A stretch of DNA of 62,000 nt, from the NCBI GenBank assembly GCA_951406725.2, contig OX597823.1:38274001-38336000 (forward strand). Reading direction: 5' to 3'. Every line of letters begins with the position of its first letter. Position 1 is the first letter of the stretch. The notes beneath the pieces were generated by a model that worked only from the letters and a program-made list of their open reading frames with translations, was not told where the DNA came from and ran no database searches. This document shows, in pieces, positions 1 through 12,722 of the stretch. The translations under genes were made by a program, and so were the position numbers. The DNA is from Octopus vulgaris. Lineage: Eukaryota.

Positions 1-569
1 GCCAAACTGATTTACAAAATGCATTGGGTACTTTTCTCACGGCATCATAATTAGTGAAGTTATTTGACTAAAGGGCCTGATGGGGCTTCTGCAAGAAAAG
101 AACAGTAGCAGAGAGAGTGAGAAAGAGAGAGAGAGAGATGATTTTAGACAAGGTAATGAGCGAGTGTGAAGTATTATGAGAGGAATAGTTTTATAGTTGT
201 GAGAAGGCGGTAGTAGGGAGATTAATAGAGTAGACACTGTTAGGGGGGGATTATGAGTGGGACTCAGGAAAAGGAAGGGATTGGTGTTGGCAGTTAGTGA
301 GAAAGGGAGGGACAGAATGATAAAGGTTGTGTAGAGGATATTCCTAGTTATTCCACATTACAAGGGGTAAGATGTGAGTGAAAGAGAACATGAAAGAGAG
401 AAAATACCCGAGGATGATGAGAATCCAGAAAGGGTCATTGAAGAGGTGTGAGGGTCATGAGGGTAGATCAGAGAGATGAGAGGATGTTGAGATATTGGAG
501 AAGCAGTGGAGTAAAGCAGTAAGAGAGAAAGAGACAGTCAGAGAAAAGAAATGGTAGATGGCAGTGGAT

Positions 570-1150
570 GAGTGAGCATCACAGGTGATGAGATGTGATA
601 TATGAATGATGGAGTGATGATTGAAGCAAGTGGGGGAGGGAAGGTGAGTACAGGTTGAGGAATGAAAATGGACAGATAAGAGATATGAAATGTAGAGTAA
701 TGACTGGAGTGAGTGAGTAGATGGATGGAGGAGGGAAGGTAGGCAGAGGTTGAGTGATGAAGATGAACAGATGAGAGATATGAATGATAGAGTGAAATGA
801 GTGAGGAGATGGATGGGGAGAGAAGATGAGCACAGGTTGAGCGATAAAGATGAACAGATAAGAAATATGAATGATAGAGTGATAACTGAAGTGTGTGAGG
901 AGATATATGGGGAAGGGAAGATGGGCATAGGTCAAGTGATGAAGATGGACAGATGAGAGATATAAAAGGTAGAGTGATGACTGAAGTGAGTGAGGAGATG
1001 ATGGGAAAAAGAAGGTAGAGGTCAAGTGAGGAAGATGGACAGATAAAAGATATGAATGGTAGAGTGATGACTGAAGTGAGTGAGGTTATGGATGGGAGAG
1101 AGAAGATAGGCACAGGTCAAATGATAAAGATGGACAGATGAGAAATATGA
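570..1150. repeat. Purine-rich degenerate minisatellite, ~90 bp unit, about 6 copies
   Basis: The anchor 'gatg(g/a)acagat(g/a)ag(a/g)aatatgaa' recurs near 670, 765, 850, 945, 1035 and 1130. Confidence 0.8.
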
Positions 1151-1214
1151 ATATATTTAGGAAATCTGAAAGTAAATTTAAAAGAAAAAAATATCGGACA
1201 CATGTTATTTACAG

Positions 1215-1299
1215 TATCAATTATTAACCCTGAATATGTCAATCATTCCTCTTCTCTTGTACAAGTTAAGAACCAGATTCTGAAGCCATTCATTTTCTG
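1215..1299 (+). CDS. Candidate internal coding exon (85 nt; xSIINPEYVNHSSSLVQVKNQILKPFIF/W), unknown protein
   Basis: Acceptor ttatttacag| and donor TTCTG|gtaaat. Only one frame is open, and the sequence is unique and non-repetitive. Confidence 0.35.
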
Positions 1300-1469
1300 G
1301 TAAATGATTAGTTGTTCACTATATATATGTACCCCGACCACCTTCTCTTTCTCTTCCTTCTTTTCCTTCCCCACTTTTCCCTCTTCACCACCACCACAAC
1401 AACAAATATAAGTTCCCACCCCATTATTAAAATAATTGTCCTCTCCAAAATTCTCCTTGTCATGCCAGT

Positions 1470-1590
1470 GTGCATATGTATGTGTGTGTGTGTGTGTGTA
1501 TCTTGACCTATATATTTATGTATACATATGTGTATAAACATACAAACATATATAACATATATATATATATATATACATACATACATACAC

Positions 1591-1644
<54 letters not shown>

Positions 1645-1700
1645 GTGTGTATATATATACATACACACACGCAAATGTTTATGTATATATGTTTGCACAT
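1470..1700. repeat. (TG)n/(TA)n/(CATA)n microsatellite mosaic
   Basis: Directly visible. Confidence 0.95.
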
Positions 1701-2070
1701 ATACATCCGGATGCATGTATACAATACTTAGTATACTGGGAAGCAGACATAAAAAGATGATGTTGATGGGGATGCAGTACATGAAACTTCCTTCCCACAC
1801 ACACAAAAACACACACACATTCATATGCATGCTCACATACACATGTAATAAGATTGTGTATTCAGGTCAAGGAAATAAAGTCTAACAACAATTAATGACA
1901 AGAATTCATCGGTAAAAGTAATCACCCCCACCTTCCACTTTAAGAACGGAGAGTTACATATATAAAAACTGGTGATATCGTCTCATCAATGATTTTCTTC
2001 ACCCTCAAGATTACTTGACATGATAAAATGAAGTTAACCAGTAAATTTACTTTACTCTTAAATCTCTGGG

Positions 2071-2110
<40 letters not shown>

Positions 2111-2168
2111 AACAAATACAACAACTACTACTACTACTACTACTACTACTACAAATACAACAACTACA

Positions 2169-2199
<31 letters not shown>

Positions 2200-2285
2200 T
2201 TACTGCTGCTGCTACTACTACTACTACTACTACAAATACAACAACAACAACAACAACTACAACTACTACTACTACTACAAATACA

Positions 2286-2320
<35 letters not shown>

Positions 2321-2323
2321 AAA

Positions 2324-2392
<69 letters not shown>

Positions 2393-2408
2393 CACTACTA
2401 CTACTACA

Positions 2409-2458
<50 letters not shown>

Positions 2459-2462
2459 AAAT

Positions 2463-2530
<68 letters not shown>

Positions 2531-2568
2531 AAATACAACAAATACTACTACTACTACTACTACTACTA
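2071..2568. repeat. ~500 bp (CTA)n/(CAA)n trinucleotide array
   Basis: Directly visible; it generates the poly-T/V/S pseudo-ORFs in the track. Confidence 0.97.
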
Positions 2569-3821
2569 CATCCCATAAATAATGCTGTTTTTTTTATACT
2601 TCTTTTATTTTTCAAAATTAAGATAAAGTTATATTTAAATCTAAAATATACTCTCCTTCATTTTCTACAATGCTCTTCCATCTATCTGGTAGACTTGCAA
2701 GGCCCCCTCTTCTGAAATTCACTTGTCCATGATGAAAAGAACTTCTCCAGTACTGTTCTGACCTAATCTACAGAATTCATATTTTTGTCATACAAACGAT
2801 TTTAAAGACTGCAGAATAAATGATAATCAAATAGGGCAATGTCCGGCGAATATGGTTGGTGGGGTATAGTTTCTCATTCAAACTGCTCCAGCCTTTGGAA
2901 TGTCATCCTTACTGTACATGGCCAAGCATTATCCTGATAGAAGAATGTCTTTTGTCTTGAAACCAAAGATGGTTGTTTTTCTTCTAGTGCTGACTTAAGC
3001 TGCTCAAGCTTCTCACAATAGATTTCCTTTTTTGTAGTTTGGTTTGTGTTTAAAAGTTCAAAATGGACTAAACCTTTCACATCCCACCAAACAGAAAACA
3101 ACACCTTAGCCTGGGATGCCAGAGTTTCTCTTTTCCTACCCACTGTCTTCGGTGCTTGACATTTTTATAGAGAACCCATTTCTCATCACCAGTCACTAAT
3201 CAGTCCAAAAAAGGTTAATTTGTGAGATGTGACAGCAAAGAAGAGCACACATTCACTCTCTGCATGTGATTAGATTTGGAAAATTTGTAAGGAACTCACC
3301 CAATTTGCTGACTTTTCTGATGGCATGCAGGTATCGATGACTAGTTGAATGACCAAATCCAAGCTTCTTTGCTAGTTCCTCAACTATTATGAGGGGATTT
3401 TGTTCCACTAGGGTTTGCAGGATGAGCTTGTCAAGCTCTACAGGTCTTCCAGGGTAAGGCTTGTTTTCTAGGCTGTAGTCTCCAGCTCGGAATTTCTGGA
3501 ACCACCATTGACATTGGCTTTCACTTATTGTCCAATCCCCATATACCGCATTAATATTCCTCACACTTTCCATTGCATGGTTGCCTTTATTGAACTCATA
3601 AAGCAAAATATACCGAATATGCTCCTTTACCACTTCTATCGTATCTTTGAAAAAATAACTGTTAAAATCGAACTGCACTCTTCAAAACTTGCACTAAGAA
3701 TGAACACAAAGTAAAATTACTACTTACTTTTATAGGAAGTTGATGCAGGTAGTTTATCCCGTCCCTCTCCAACTTTTAGTTCATGCAATTGAAAAAAATG
3801 CATTATTTATGTGATGACTCA

Positions 3822-3824
<3 letters not shown>
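2569..3824 (-). mobile_element. Mariner DNA transposon (family A), decayed transposase
   Basis: TIR core tcatcccataaataatg at both ends. ORF fragments include EHIRYILLYEFNKG...WFQKFRAGDYSLE, VWWDVKGLVHFELL and YQDNAWP (mariner HTH and DDD regions). Confidence 0.93.
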
Positions 3825-3863
<39 letters not shown>

Positions 3864-3894
3864 ATTTACATATGTATACATTTATATATGTATA

Positions 3895-4597
3895 GGCGCA
3901 GGAGTGGCTGTGTGGTAAGTAGCTTGTCTACCAACCACATGGTTCCGGGTTCAGTCCCACTGCGTGGCACCTTGGGCAAGTGTCTTCTACTATAGCCTTG
4001 GGCCGACCAAAGCCTTGTGAGTGGATTTGGTAGACGGAAACTGAAAGAAGCCCGTCGTATATATGTATGTATATATATGCGTGTGTGTGTTTGTCCCCTA
4101 GCATTGCTTGACAACCGATGCTGGTGTGTTTATGTCCCCGTTACTTAGCGGTTCGGCAAAAGAGACCGATAGAACAAGTACTGGACTTATTTAGCCCATT
4201 GATAAAACTAATACCCACACTTTCTCCCACATACCCACTCTTTCCCTCTCTTTTATTATTACCCCCACTCCCACTCCCACCATCAACACTACTACTTTAA
4301 ATAAAAGAAAGGGAGAGAAAGAAAGACAGAAATTTAGAGACAGTTGATGATGTTTTATTTAAAGTAGTAGTGTTGATGGTGGGAGTGGGAGTAATAATAA
4401 AAGAGAGAGAAAGAGTGGGTATGTGGGAGAAAGTGTGGGTATTAGTTTTATCAATGGGCTTAATAAGTCCAGTACTTATTCTATCGGTCTCTTTTGCCGA
4501 ACCGCTAAAGTATTTAATAAGTCCCGGGGTCGAGTTGCTCGATTAAAAACGGTGCTCCAGCAGTCAAATGACTGAAACAAGTAAAAGAGTAAAAGAG
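3895..4597 (+). mobile_element. tRNA-derived SINE (family A, CORE-like centre) carrying an internal fold-back insertion
   Basis: Head ggcgcaggagtggctgtgtggtaag...ggttcagtccc (A/B-box-like), centre ccttgggcaagtgtctt, tail aaatgactgaaacaagtaaaagag. Many copies occur in the window. Confidence 0.88.
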
Positions 4598-5865
4598 TAT
4601 GTATGCATGTATATATGTATGGATAAATCAACTGAAAATTTACAAATCTGACTCAAGGGCTAATATTTTTGTGCATGACAATGGGAGAGACTTTAGATGT
4701 TTGAACAGGATCTTTGACTAATAGGTACAGGATAGCTGTGGGCTTCTGTACAGTTTCCATCTACCAAAATTTGCTCACAAGCCTCAAGTTCTCTCAATAA
4801 CTCTCTCCTTCTCACAATAAAACTTGATATAAGAATTGTTTAAATTATGCAGAAGCTCCCTGCCTGGGTTTGATAACATTGTTTTTGATAAAATAATGGA
4901 ATCTGCACAAACATCTACTTTTGTTCTTTATCAAACATACGAATCATAACACTTTAACAACAAGAATATTTTCTTATAACTTGGCACAATGCCAGTTTTG
5001 TAAGGGAATGGATTTAGCAGGGTAAGCTAATATCAGTTAGTTAATCAGTCTTAATTATATGCAGATTAATTCTTTTGAGAGTTGGATGTGAAAATGTGTA
5101 GCACCAAACTAGATGCTGTGTATTATGCGGTCTTTTATTGCTCACTTTTGTAATATGTTTGTGTGCGTATGACTGTGTGTATATCTATGTATGGATACAT
5201 ATATAGACACACATGGATACACACATACATCTCTCTCCCTCACCATTTCTCTTTGTAAGTGTGTGTGTGTGTTTGGTTCCAAAGAAGATATCATTGTGAG
5301 GGTTGTTCTCCTTATATTTTCTGTCAATCATTCAACCAATAGATAAAACTGAACCATGAACACACCATGAACACACCTAAATGTACATCTGAAACAGCTG
5401 TAAGCTTATAATAAATTAATGTATATAACCCATTATTTCTGTCTATTATATATCTAATATAATGAATGTGAAAACTAATTTCTATGTGTCAGTGTTTCAC
5501 ACTTAGACCCCCTCTCTCACTATTCAATGACATTCCTACTATTACTCATGATGGGGTGAGAGTAATAGTAGGTATAGAGACAGTGAGGGCAGTGGCGAAG
5601 ACACAGAGAGAGAGAGAGAGAAAGAAAGGAAAAGAAAGGGAGAGAAAGAAAGACAGAAATTTAGAGACAGTTGATGATGTTTTATTTAAAGTAGTAGTGT
5701 TGATGGTGGGAGTGGGAGTAATAATAAAAGAGAGAGAAAGAAAGAGTGGGTATGTGGGAGAAAGAGGGAGATGACGTACAACTTTGTTTAACCATGTCTC
5801 TTTGAAAGAAATCCTTGTTGCCAACATAATGATAACTATCATTTTTGTTTTATTTTTGCTTTCTT

Positions 5866-5906
<41 letters not shown>

Positions 5907-5944
5907 ATCATATAATATGATATGATATAATATCTTGTATAATA

Positions 5945-6510
5945 TCTTGTATTGTCACTGGACTGTGGCCATACTGGGGCACCACCTTCAAGGGTTAGTT
6001 GAACAAGTTGACCCTTGTACTTATTTTTAAGTATGTACTTATTCTTGAGTCTTTTTTGCTGAACTGCTTAGGTACAGGGATGTAAACAAACCAGTACCAG
6101 TTGTTAAGTGGTTGAGATACAAACACAAAGGCAAACACATCATCTCCCACTCTTCTTCTATCTCCTACTCTTCTTTTGCAGTCTTGTGAACTCATCCACT
6201 CACTTATCCTATCTAATCCATGGTTCTTATTCACGTATACACCTCCCTGAAATGTGAGTGCATCCCCTCCACCACCATATATCCACCATTTTCTCTCTCT
6301 CCTCTCTCTCTCTCTCTCTCTTCCAACTGCAGCAGCCATATATCTCTTCTTCTGCAAGACACCTATATCTGTCCCTCTGTCCATACCAAACTCATTCACA
6401 AGACATTGGTTGGACCAGGTCTAGAGTGAAAACACTTGCTCAAGGTACCATGCAGTGGGACTGATCCCGAAATCACATGGTTACAAGGTGAGCTCCTTAG
6501 CCACGTAGAC
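5945..6510 (-). mobile_element. Decayed SINE family A fragments
   Basis: Reverse-complement similarity to the tail (5945-6130) and head (6350-6510) of the 3895 SINE. Confidence 0.7.
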
Positions 6511-6556
6511 ATGTATGCACCACACACACACACACATACACATGTGCGCGCACATG

Positions 6557-6587
<31 letters not shown>

Positions 6588-7049
6588 ATATACATATATA
6601 AATATGTAAAAGACTTGTTGCTTGCAATAAATCAAGTTATAGTAATTTCTTCAGTTTCTTTTTGTTGTTTTTTTTTTTCTCTATACTCCATTTGGCATTT
6701 TGTCAATAGTTATATTTCAAAACCACAGGCAAGCTGTTATTCATAGTCAGGCAACAGGTATTTCATGCAAAATATTCCACATGAATGTTTCGTTGCCAGC
6801 TCAATGTTTTACTACTTAGATAATGGAAACTATTGACCATTCTTGTTTTGTTTGTATTATGTTTATATATAATTGATTTGTGACACATTAACATTGCGTC
6901 CAATGCAGAAAATCAGCAGCTAAACTGTTGTTGTTTCAAATCCTTTGTTTTCTTGTTTGTTTTCTTATAGTTCTAGAATTACTAGTTGCTGTTTATCATT
7001 GTATCTTTGTTATCATCATTTCTATTTTCTCATGTCCTGACTTCCATAG

Positions 7050-7089
7050 GGGTGAATGTTATGGAAATCCCACCCTCTTAACGCCCTGA
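7050..7089 (+). CDS. Candidate terminal coding exon (W/GECYGNPTLLTP*)
   Basis: Pyrimidine-rich acceptor ...cctgacttccatag|. Phase-compatible with exon 1215-1299 (TG|G = Trp). Followed by in-frame TGA TAA TGA. Confidence 0.3.
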
Positions 7090-7643
7090 TAATGATGTCT
7101 GTTCATGCTGTGTATCCTTCCAAAGAGATTCCAGTTCTAAGTATACAAAATTGCATTCTTTTATTCTTTAACTGGCTTCAGTAATTCAACTGTAGCCATG
7201 CTCAAGTACCACATTCAAGGGATTTATTGATGATATTGACCTCAGTACTTGTTTCAGTCTTATTTGATTGATCTCTGTTTATTAAATTGTTAAGTTGTAG
7301 GACAAAAGGGACATGATATTAGTAACATACATACATACATACATACATACATACATACATACATACATACATACATACACACACACATACATACATACAT
7401 ACATACATACATACATACATAATTATGTGTGGGTCTGTGTTTACTTGTACACATACACAAATATATGCACATATGTACATACATACATATATATATATCT
7501 ATACACACATATATGTACACACACACACACAAAAACTCTGACTGACAGACAGACACACACACATACACATTTCTATACAGAGGCAATTATGAGGATAAAC
7601 AAATGAAATAAACAACTTGGGTTTGATATACAAAATATATATA

Positions 7644-8951
7644 TACGAAGTGGTATCAAAAAGTTCCCAGACTAGTTCTGTATATATACATAACCTGTGG
7701 AAGAGGGAGATCCAGGAAGACATGGGATGAGGTGGTGAAGTATAATCTTCGAACGTTGGGCTTCACAGAGGTAATGACAAGAGACCAAAACCTCTGGAGA
7801 TATACTGTGATTGAAAAGACTCAGCAAGTAAGGCAAGATGAGAGCTGCAGCCTACACCAGCGTTGCATAACCAGCTCATTCAAAAAGTACCTTTGAATTT
7901 TTGGGTGACACGCTGTGCTTGAGGAGACCTATTGAGTCAAGTAAAATCAAAATCACAATCAGAATCTCAATCAAATCAAAATCGGAATGAAAATTGTAGT
8001 TGTGGCTGATGCCAGTACCACCTGACTGGCTTCTGTGCCTGTGGCACGTAAAAAGCACCCATTACTCTCTTGGAGTGGTTGGTGTTAGGAAGGGCATCCA
8101 GCTGTAGAAACCTTGCCAGATCAGATTGGAGCCTGCCCCCAGTCAAACTGTGCGACCCATGCCAGCATGGGAAACAGGTGTTAAACGATGATGATGGTGA
8201 TGATATAAGTATGTATTCATCACCTTATACATGAGGATTCTTGGAGTGATGACCCATCCTTCATGTTGAGGATCATCATCGGTGACAAGAGTTGGGTCTA
8301 TGGGTATGACCCTGAGATGAAGCAGCAGTCATCACAATGGAAAAGGCTTTCATCTCCATGACTGAAGAAGGCACTACAGAGCTGCAGCTCAATCAAGAGC
8401 ATGTTCATTGTTTTTTCGATACCCACAATATTGCACATCAAGAATTCATCCCCCAGGGCCAGGCCATCAATCAAGAGTTCTACTGCTATGTTTTGAAGCA
8501 TTAGAGGGAGGACATTCAACAAAAGTGACTGGATCTGTGGAACACAAAGAATTGGATTCTTCATGATGACAATACACCCTCTCACTGAGCTCTCCTCACT
8601 CATTAATTTCTTGCCAAAAATGTGAGCTTCTCACCAAAAACAACAAAATCACTTCAATGCCAGCCCTATTCACCAGATTTTGCACCTGTAGACTTCCATC
8701 TCTTACCCAAGATGAAAAGGTAGCTCAAAGGTCACCGTTTTAGCACCATTGCTGAGCAAATCACAGAAGGTCCTTGACCCACCTACGAAAAATGGCTTCC
8801 TATCTAGATTCCAAAAGTGCCAGTAATACTGGGACTGGCGTATTGCTGAGCAAGGTGACTATTTCAAAGGAGATGATGTTAAAACTCAGGTAAATAAGTT
8901 ATTTTTTATTAAACATAACTAACCTGGGAACTTTTTGATACCACCTATGTA
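7644..8951 (+). mobile_element. Mariner (irritans-like) internally deleted copy, interrupted by an RTE 3' fragment
   Basis: TIRs tacgaagtggtatcaaaaagttcccag / ctgggaactttttgataccacctatgta. Sequence at 8250-8345 translates DPSFMLRIIIGDKSWVYGYDPEMKQQSSQWK. Confidence 0.85.
7694..8203 (+). mobile_element. RTE LINE 3' fragment nested in mariner
   Basis: Encodes an RGRSRKTWDEVVK-like C-terminus. The 3' UTR matches 57860-58310 and ends in (GAT)n. Confidence 0.85.
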
Positions 8952-9018
8952 TACATGTAAACAGAAAGAAATCAAAGACCGAAGCTTTTCAGTTGATGAA
9001 TATTTAAGTATAGCTATA

Positions 9019-9901
9019 TATTGAGTCATCCCATAAATAATGTAGCTGTTTATCAATTGCATGAACTAAAAGTCAGAGGTGGGACAAGATAAACTACCTG
9101 CATCAACTCGCTATGAAGTGTCTATTCTTAGTGCATGTTTGGAAGAGTGCAGTTCGATTTTAACACTTATTTTTTCAAAGCAATAGTGGAAGTGACAAAG
9201 GAACATATTCAGCATATTTTGCTTTATGAATTCAATAAAGGCAACAATGTAATGGAAAATGCAAGGAATATTAATGCAGTATGTGAGGATTGGAAAATAA
9301 GTGTAAGCCAGTGTCAATGGTGGTTCCAGAAATTCTGAGCCAGAAAGTAGAAGATGAGCCATGTCCTGGAAGATCTGTAGAGCTCATCCTGCAAATCCTG
9401 GTGGAACAAGATTCCATTGTAACTGTTGAGTAACTAGCAGAAAAGCTTGGATTTGGTCATTCAACCAGTCATTTAAGTCAGCACTAGAAGAAAAACAACC
9501 ATCTTTGGTTTCAAGATGAAAGGTGTTCTTCCATCAGAATAATGCCTGGCCACATATAGTGAGGATGACTTTCCAAAGGCTGGAGCAGTTTGAATGGGAA
9601 ATGATGCCCTGCCCATCATATTCACTGGATATTACTACATCTGATTATCATTTATTCTTCAGTCTTCAAAATCATTTGGACGGAAAAAGTATGAACTCTG
9701 TACACAAGGTTAGAACAGTACTGGAGAAGTATTTTTTGTCACGGACAAGGGAATTTCGGAAGAGGGGCCTTGCAAGTCTACTAGATAGATGGAAGGGCAT
9801 TGTAGAAAATGAAGGAGTGTATATTTTGGATTAAAAAATAACTTTGTTTATCTTAATTTTGAAAAATAAAAGTATAAAAAAAACGGCATTATTTATGGGA
9901 T

Positions 9902-9902
<1 letters not shown>
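9019..9902 (+). mobile_element. Mariner family A copy with central deletion (inverted duplicate of 2569-3824)
   Basis: Same TIRs. ORF fragments EHIQHILLYEFNKG and HQNNAWPH...SLDITTSDYHLFFSLQNHL...RWKGIVENEGVYILD. Confidence 0.93.
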
Positions 9903-9945
<43 letters not shown>

Positions 9946-10399
9946 TCAGAGATTTAAGAGTAAAGTAAATTTACTGTTTAAATTCATTTTATCATGTCAA
10001 GTAATATTGAGGATGAGGAAAATCTTTGACGAGATGAAATCACCAGGTTTTATATGTAACTCTCCGTTCTTATAGGGGAGGTGGGGGTGATCACTTTTAC
10101 CAATGAATTCTTGTCATTAATTGTTGTTAGACTTTATTTCCTTGACCTGAATACACAATTTTATTACATGTGTATGTGTGCATGCATATGAATGTGTGTA
10201 TGTTTATTATTATGTCTGCTTACAAGTATACCAAGTATTGTATACATGCATACATATGAATATATACATACATATATACATAAACATTTGTGTGTGTGTA
10301 TACACAGACATGCAGGAAGTAAATAAACATCTTTAATTTTCAAAATTTCTGATCTAAGCATCTTAATATGTTTTCAGAGGCATAGAATTTACAATGTAA

Positions 10400-10710
10400 T
10401 TATTCTTTTTCATTCCAGGTGCCATTATATTAAACATTTGCGAAGAGTAACCATGCCATGCACAAAAAAATTCAGCAGAACTGTCAGATTTTGAAAGAGG
10501 TCATATTGTTGGGCAGTATGAGGCTGGTCTTAGCCAGCAAAAAATTGCCGAAAATCTTCAAAGTAAAAGAATCAACAGTTTCTCGTCCTGGCTGACCTGG
10601 GCCCTCAGAAAGGAAGCTTCGCTGTTTGAAGAGAATTGTGGAAAACAAACCCCGTTTGAAGGTTTATGACATTGCAAAACAGCTAGAAGTTAGCCACCGC
10701 TGCACCCATA
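10400..10710 (+). mobile_element. Tc1-like transposase 5' fragment
   Basis: Translates ELSDFERGHIVGQYEAGLSQQKIAENL (paired-like HTH). Related to the 42250 copy. Confidence 0.75.
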
Positions 10711-10749
10711 TCTAAATATATGTCTTATATATGTTTGTATATTTATGTG

Positions 10750-10805
<56 letters not shown>

Positions 10806-10819
10806 TATAGGTCATTATA

Positions 10820-12071
10820 TACTGGGTTGGACAAAATAATGGAAACAAACGAATTTATTTTAATATGGGATAGGACTGCCTTTGGCAGTAATTACAGCTT
10901 GAATTCTATGAGGTATGACTTGTACAAAGTTTGAATTGTTTCCAAAGGAATTTTTGTCCATTCTTTAGCTAGAACAGTCTCCAATTCTTGTAGTGATGAT
11001 GATGGAGGATATCGACTCTTTACTTGTTTTTCTATATTGCACCATAAATGTTCAATAATATTGAGATCTGGGAACTGTGGTAGCCAGATAAGATGTTCAA
11101 CTTCACTAGAATGTTCCTCATGCCATTCAGTAACAACTTAAGCTGTGTGAATTAGTGAATTATCATCCTGAAAGATTGCATTTCCCTCCGGAAACAGTTC
11201 TACAACCATAGGATGAATTTGATCAGATAAAATGCTTAAATAGTCCTAACTATTAATTCTGCCACTGGGCCAGCGGATTTATAAGATATAGATACCCCAC
11301 CCGGTCATCACAGATCCTCCTCCATGTTTAACAGTTGGAAGAAGGCTGTGTGGGTCAAATGCTTCTTTTGGCTGTCTCCTCACGTATACTCAACTGGTGG
11401 TCAGAAATAAGGTAAAGGATGATTTATCCAAGAAAATAACATTCTTCCACTGCTCTAGGGACCAATTCTGTAGGTTCTTACTCCAGTCTAAATGCTTTGC
11501 AATGTTTGTTTTTGAAAGTAGTGGTTTTGTGATTGTAGCCCTCCTGTGAAATCCAGCTTTGTGCAGCTATCAGCAAACAGTTTTTGTGGAAACTGGGTTC
11601 TCATGCTGGTCATTAAGCTTTGCAGTAATTTTGGGAGCTGTACTTTTGTGATCCTTTCTAACAATTAGCGTAATGATCTGACGTTTCCTATCTAAAAGTT
11701 TTGGTTTTCTTCTGGAGTTTTGTTTCAACGATGAGGCGTTTCCCTCTTTCTCAAAGGCTGTCATTACTTTTGAGACAGTACTTCTTGATACACCAAACAT
11801 TTCGGCTATTTTCGTTATACTAGTGCCTGCCATATGAGCACCAACAATTTGACCTCTTTGAAAGTCCAATAGAACTGTCATTTTAAAGAATTTTAATCAC
11901 CTTTTTCTGATGATATCTGAAAGGAAACAGCAATTTTAACAACACTTATTAAGCAACACTAATAATAAATCAAAAATATAAAAATAAACAAGCTTTTGAC
12001 AGTTTTATAGATACTTTAAAATTATGATGCTATGATGCTAGGTGTTTCTATTATTTTGTTTAACTCCTGTA
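10820..12071 (-). mobile_element. Tc1-like DNA transposon, full-length but decayed
   Basis: Imperfect TIRs tactgggttggacaaaataatggaaaca / tgtttctattattttgtttaactcctgta in a TA context. ORF 11570-11881 (DFQRGQIVGAHMAGTSITKIAEMFGVSRSTVSKV...) is a Tc1 DNA-binding domain. Confidence 0.9.
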
Positions 12072-12314
12072 TATATGCACACACACATATATGGACACAT
12101 TTACACCCAGGCATGATGATGAGAAGTATAAAAAAAACATATTATAGATATTTATATATTAATAGATCAAACTTACACAGAGTACAAACAGAAAAATATA
12201 GGGTAGGAGATAAGGTGTTACAGGTCCTAAAGAGTTTGTGGAGGGCTTTCTTGGTGCGTTCAACAGAACGTCGAGATAGACCAGTGGCTATCATCCCTTT
12301 AGAGCCCTCCAGAG

Positions 12315-12722
12315 AGGCATGGCTGTATAGTTAAGATGGTTGTTTTCCAACCATATGGTTTTGAATTCAGTCCCATTGTGGGGCAACTTGAGGAAGTGTC
12401 TTCTACTATAGCCCTGGGCGAATTAAAGCCTTGTGCATGGTTTTGGTAGGTGGAAACTTAAGGAAGCCTGTCATATGTATATATATCTATGTGTGTGTGT
12501 CTGTATTCGCCCCCCCCCCCTCATCACCACTTGACAACTGGTGTTGGTGTGTTTATGTCCCCAAAACTTAGCAGTTCAGCAAAAGAGACCAATAGAATAA
12601 GTACCAGGCTTAAAAAAAAATAAGTACTGGTGTTGATTCATTTGACTGAAAATTCAAGGCAGTGCCCCAGCATGGCCACAGTCTAATGACTGAAACAGGT
12701 AAAAGATAAAAGATAAAAGATA
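12315..12722 (+). mobile_element. SINE family A, full-length, CpG-decayed
   Basis: Head, centre and tail are collinear with the 3895 copy; ends in (aaagat)n. Confidence 0.85.

Noticed and set aside
2028-2615. Long poly-Thr/Val/Ser ORFs (mucin-like)
   Set aside because: They are translations of the (CTA)n microsatellite and have no splice context. The same applies to the YI-, CV-, HT- and LS-repeat ORFs throughout the track.
3895-3970. tRNA-like sequences at SINE heads (also 15570-15641 and 20538-20620)
   Set aside because: They continue into SINE bodies and lack a full cloverleaf, so they are not tRNA genes.
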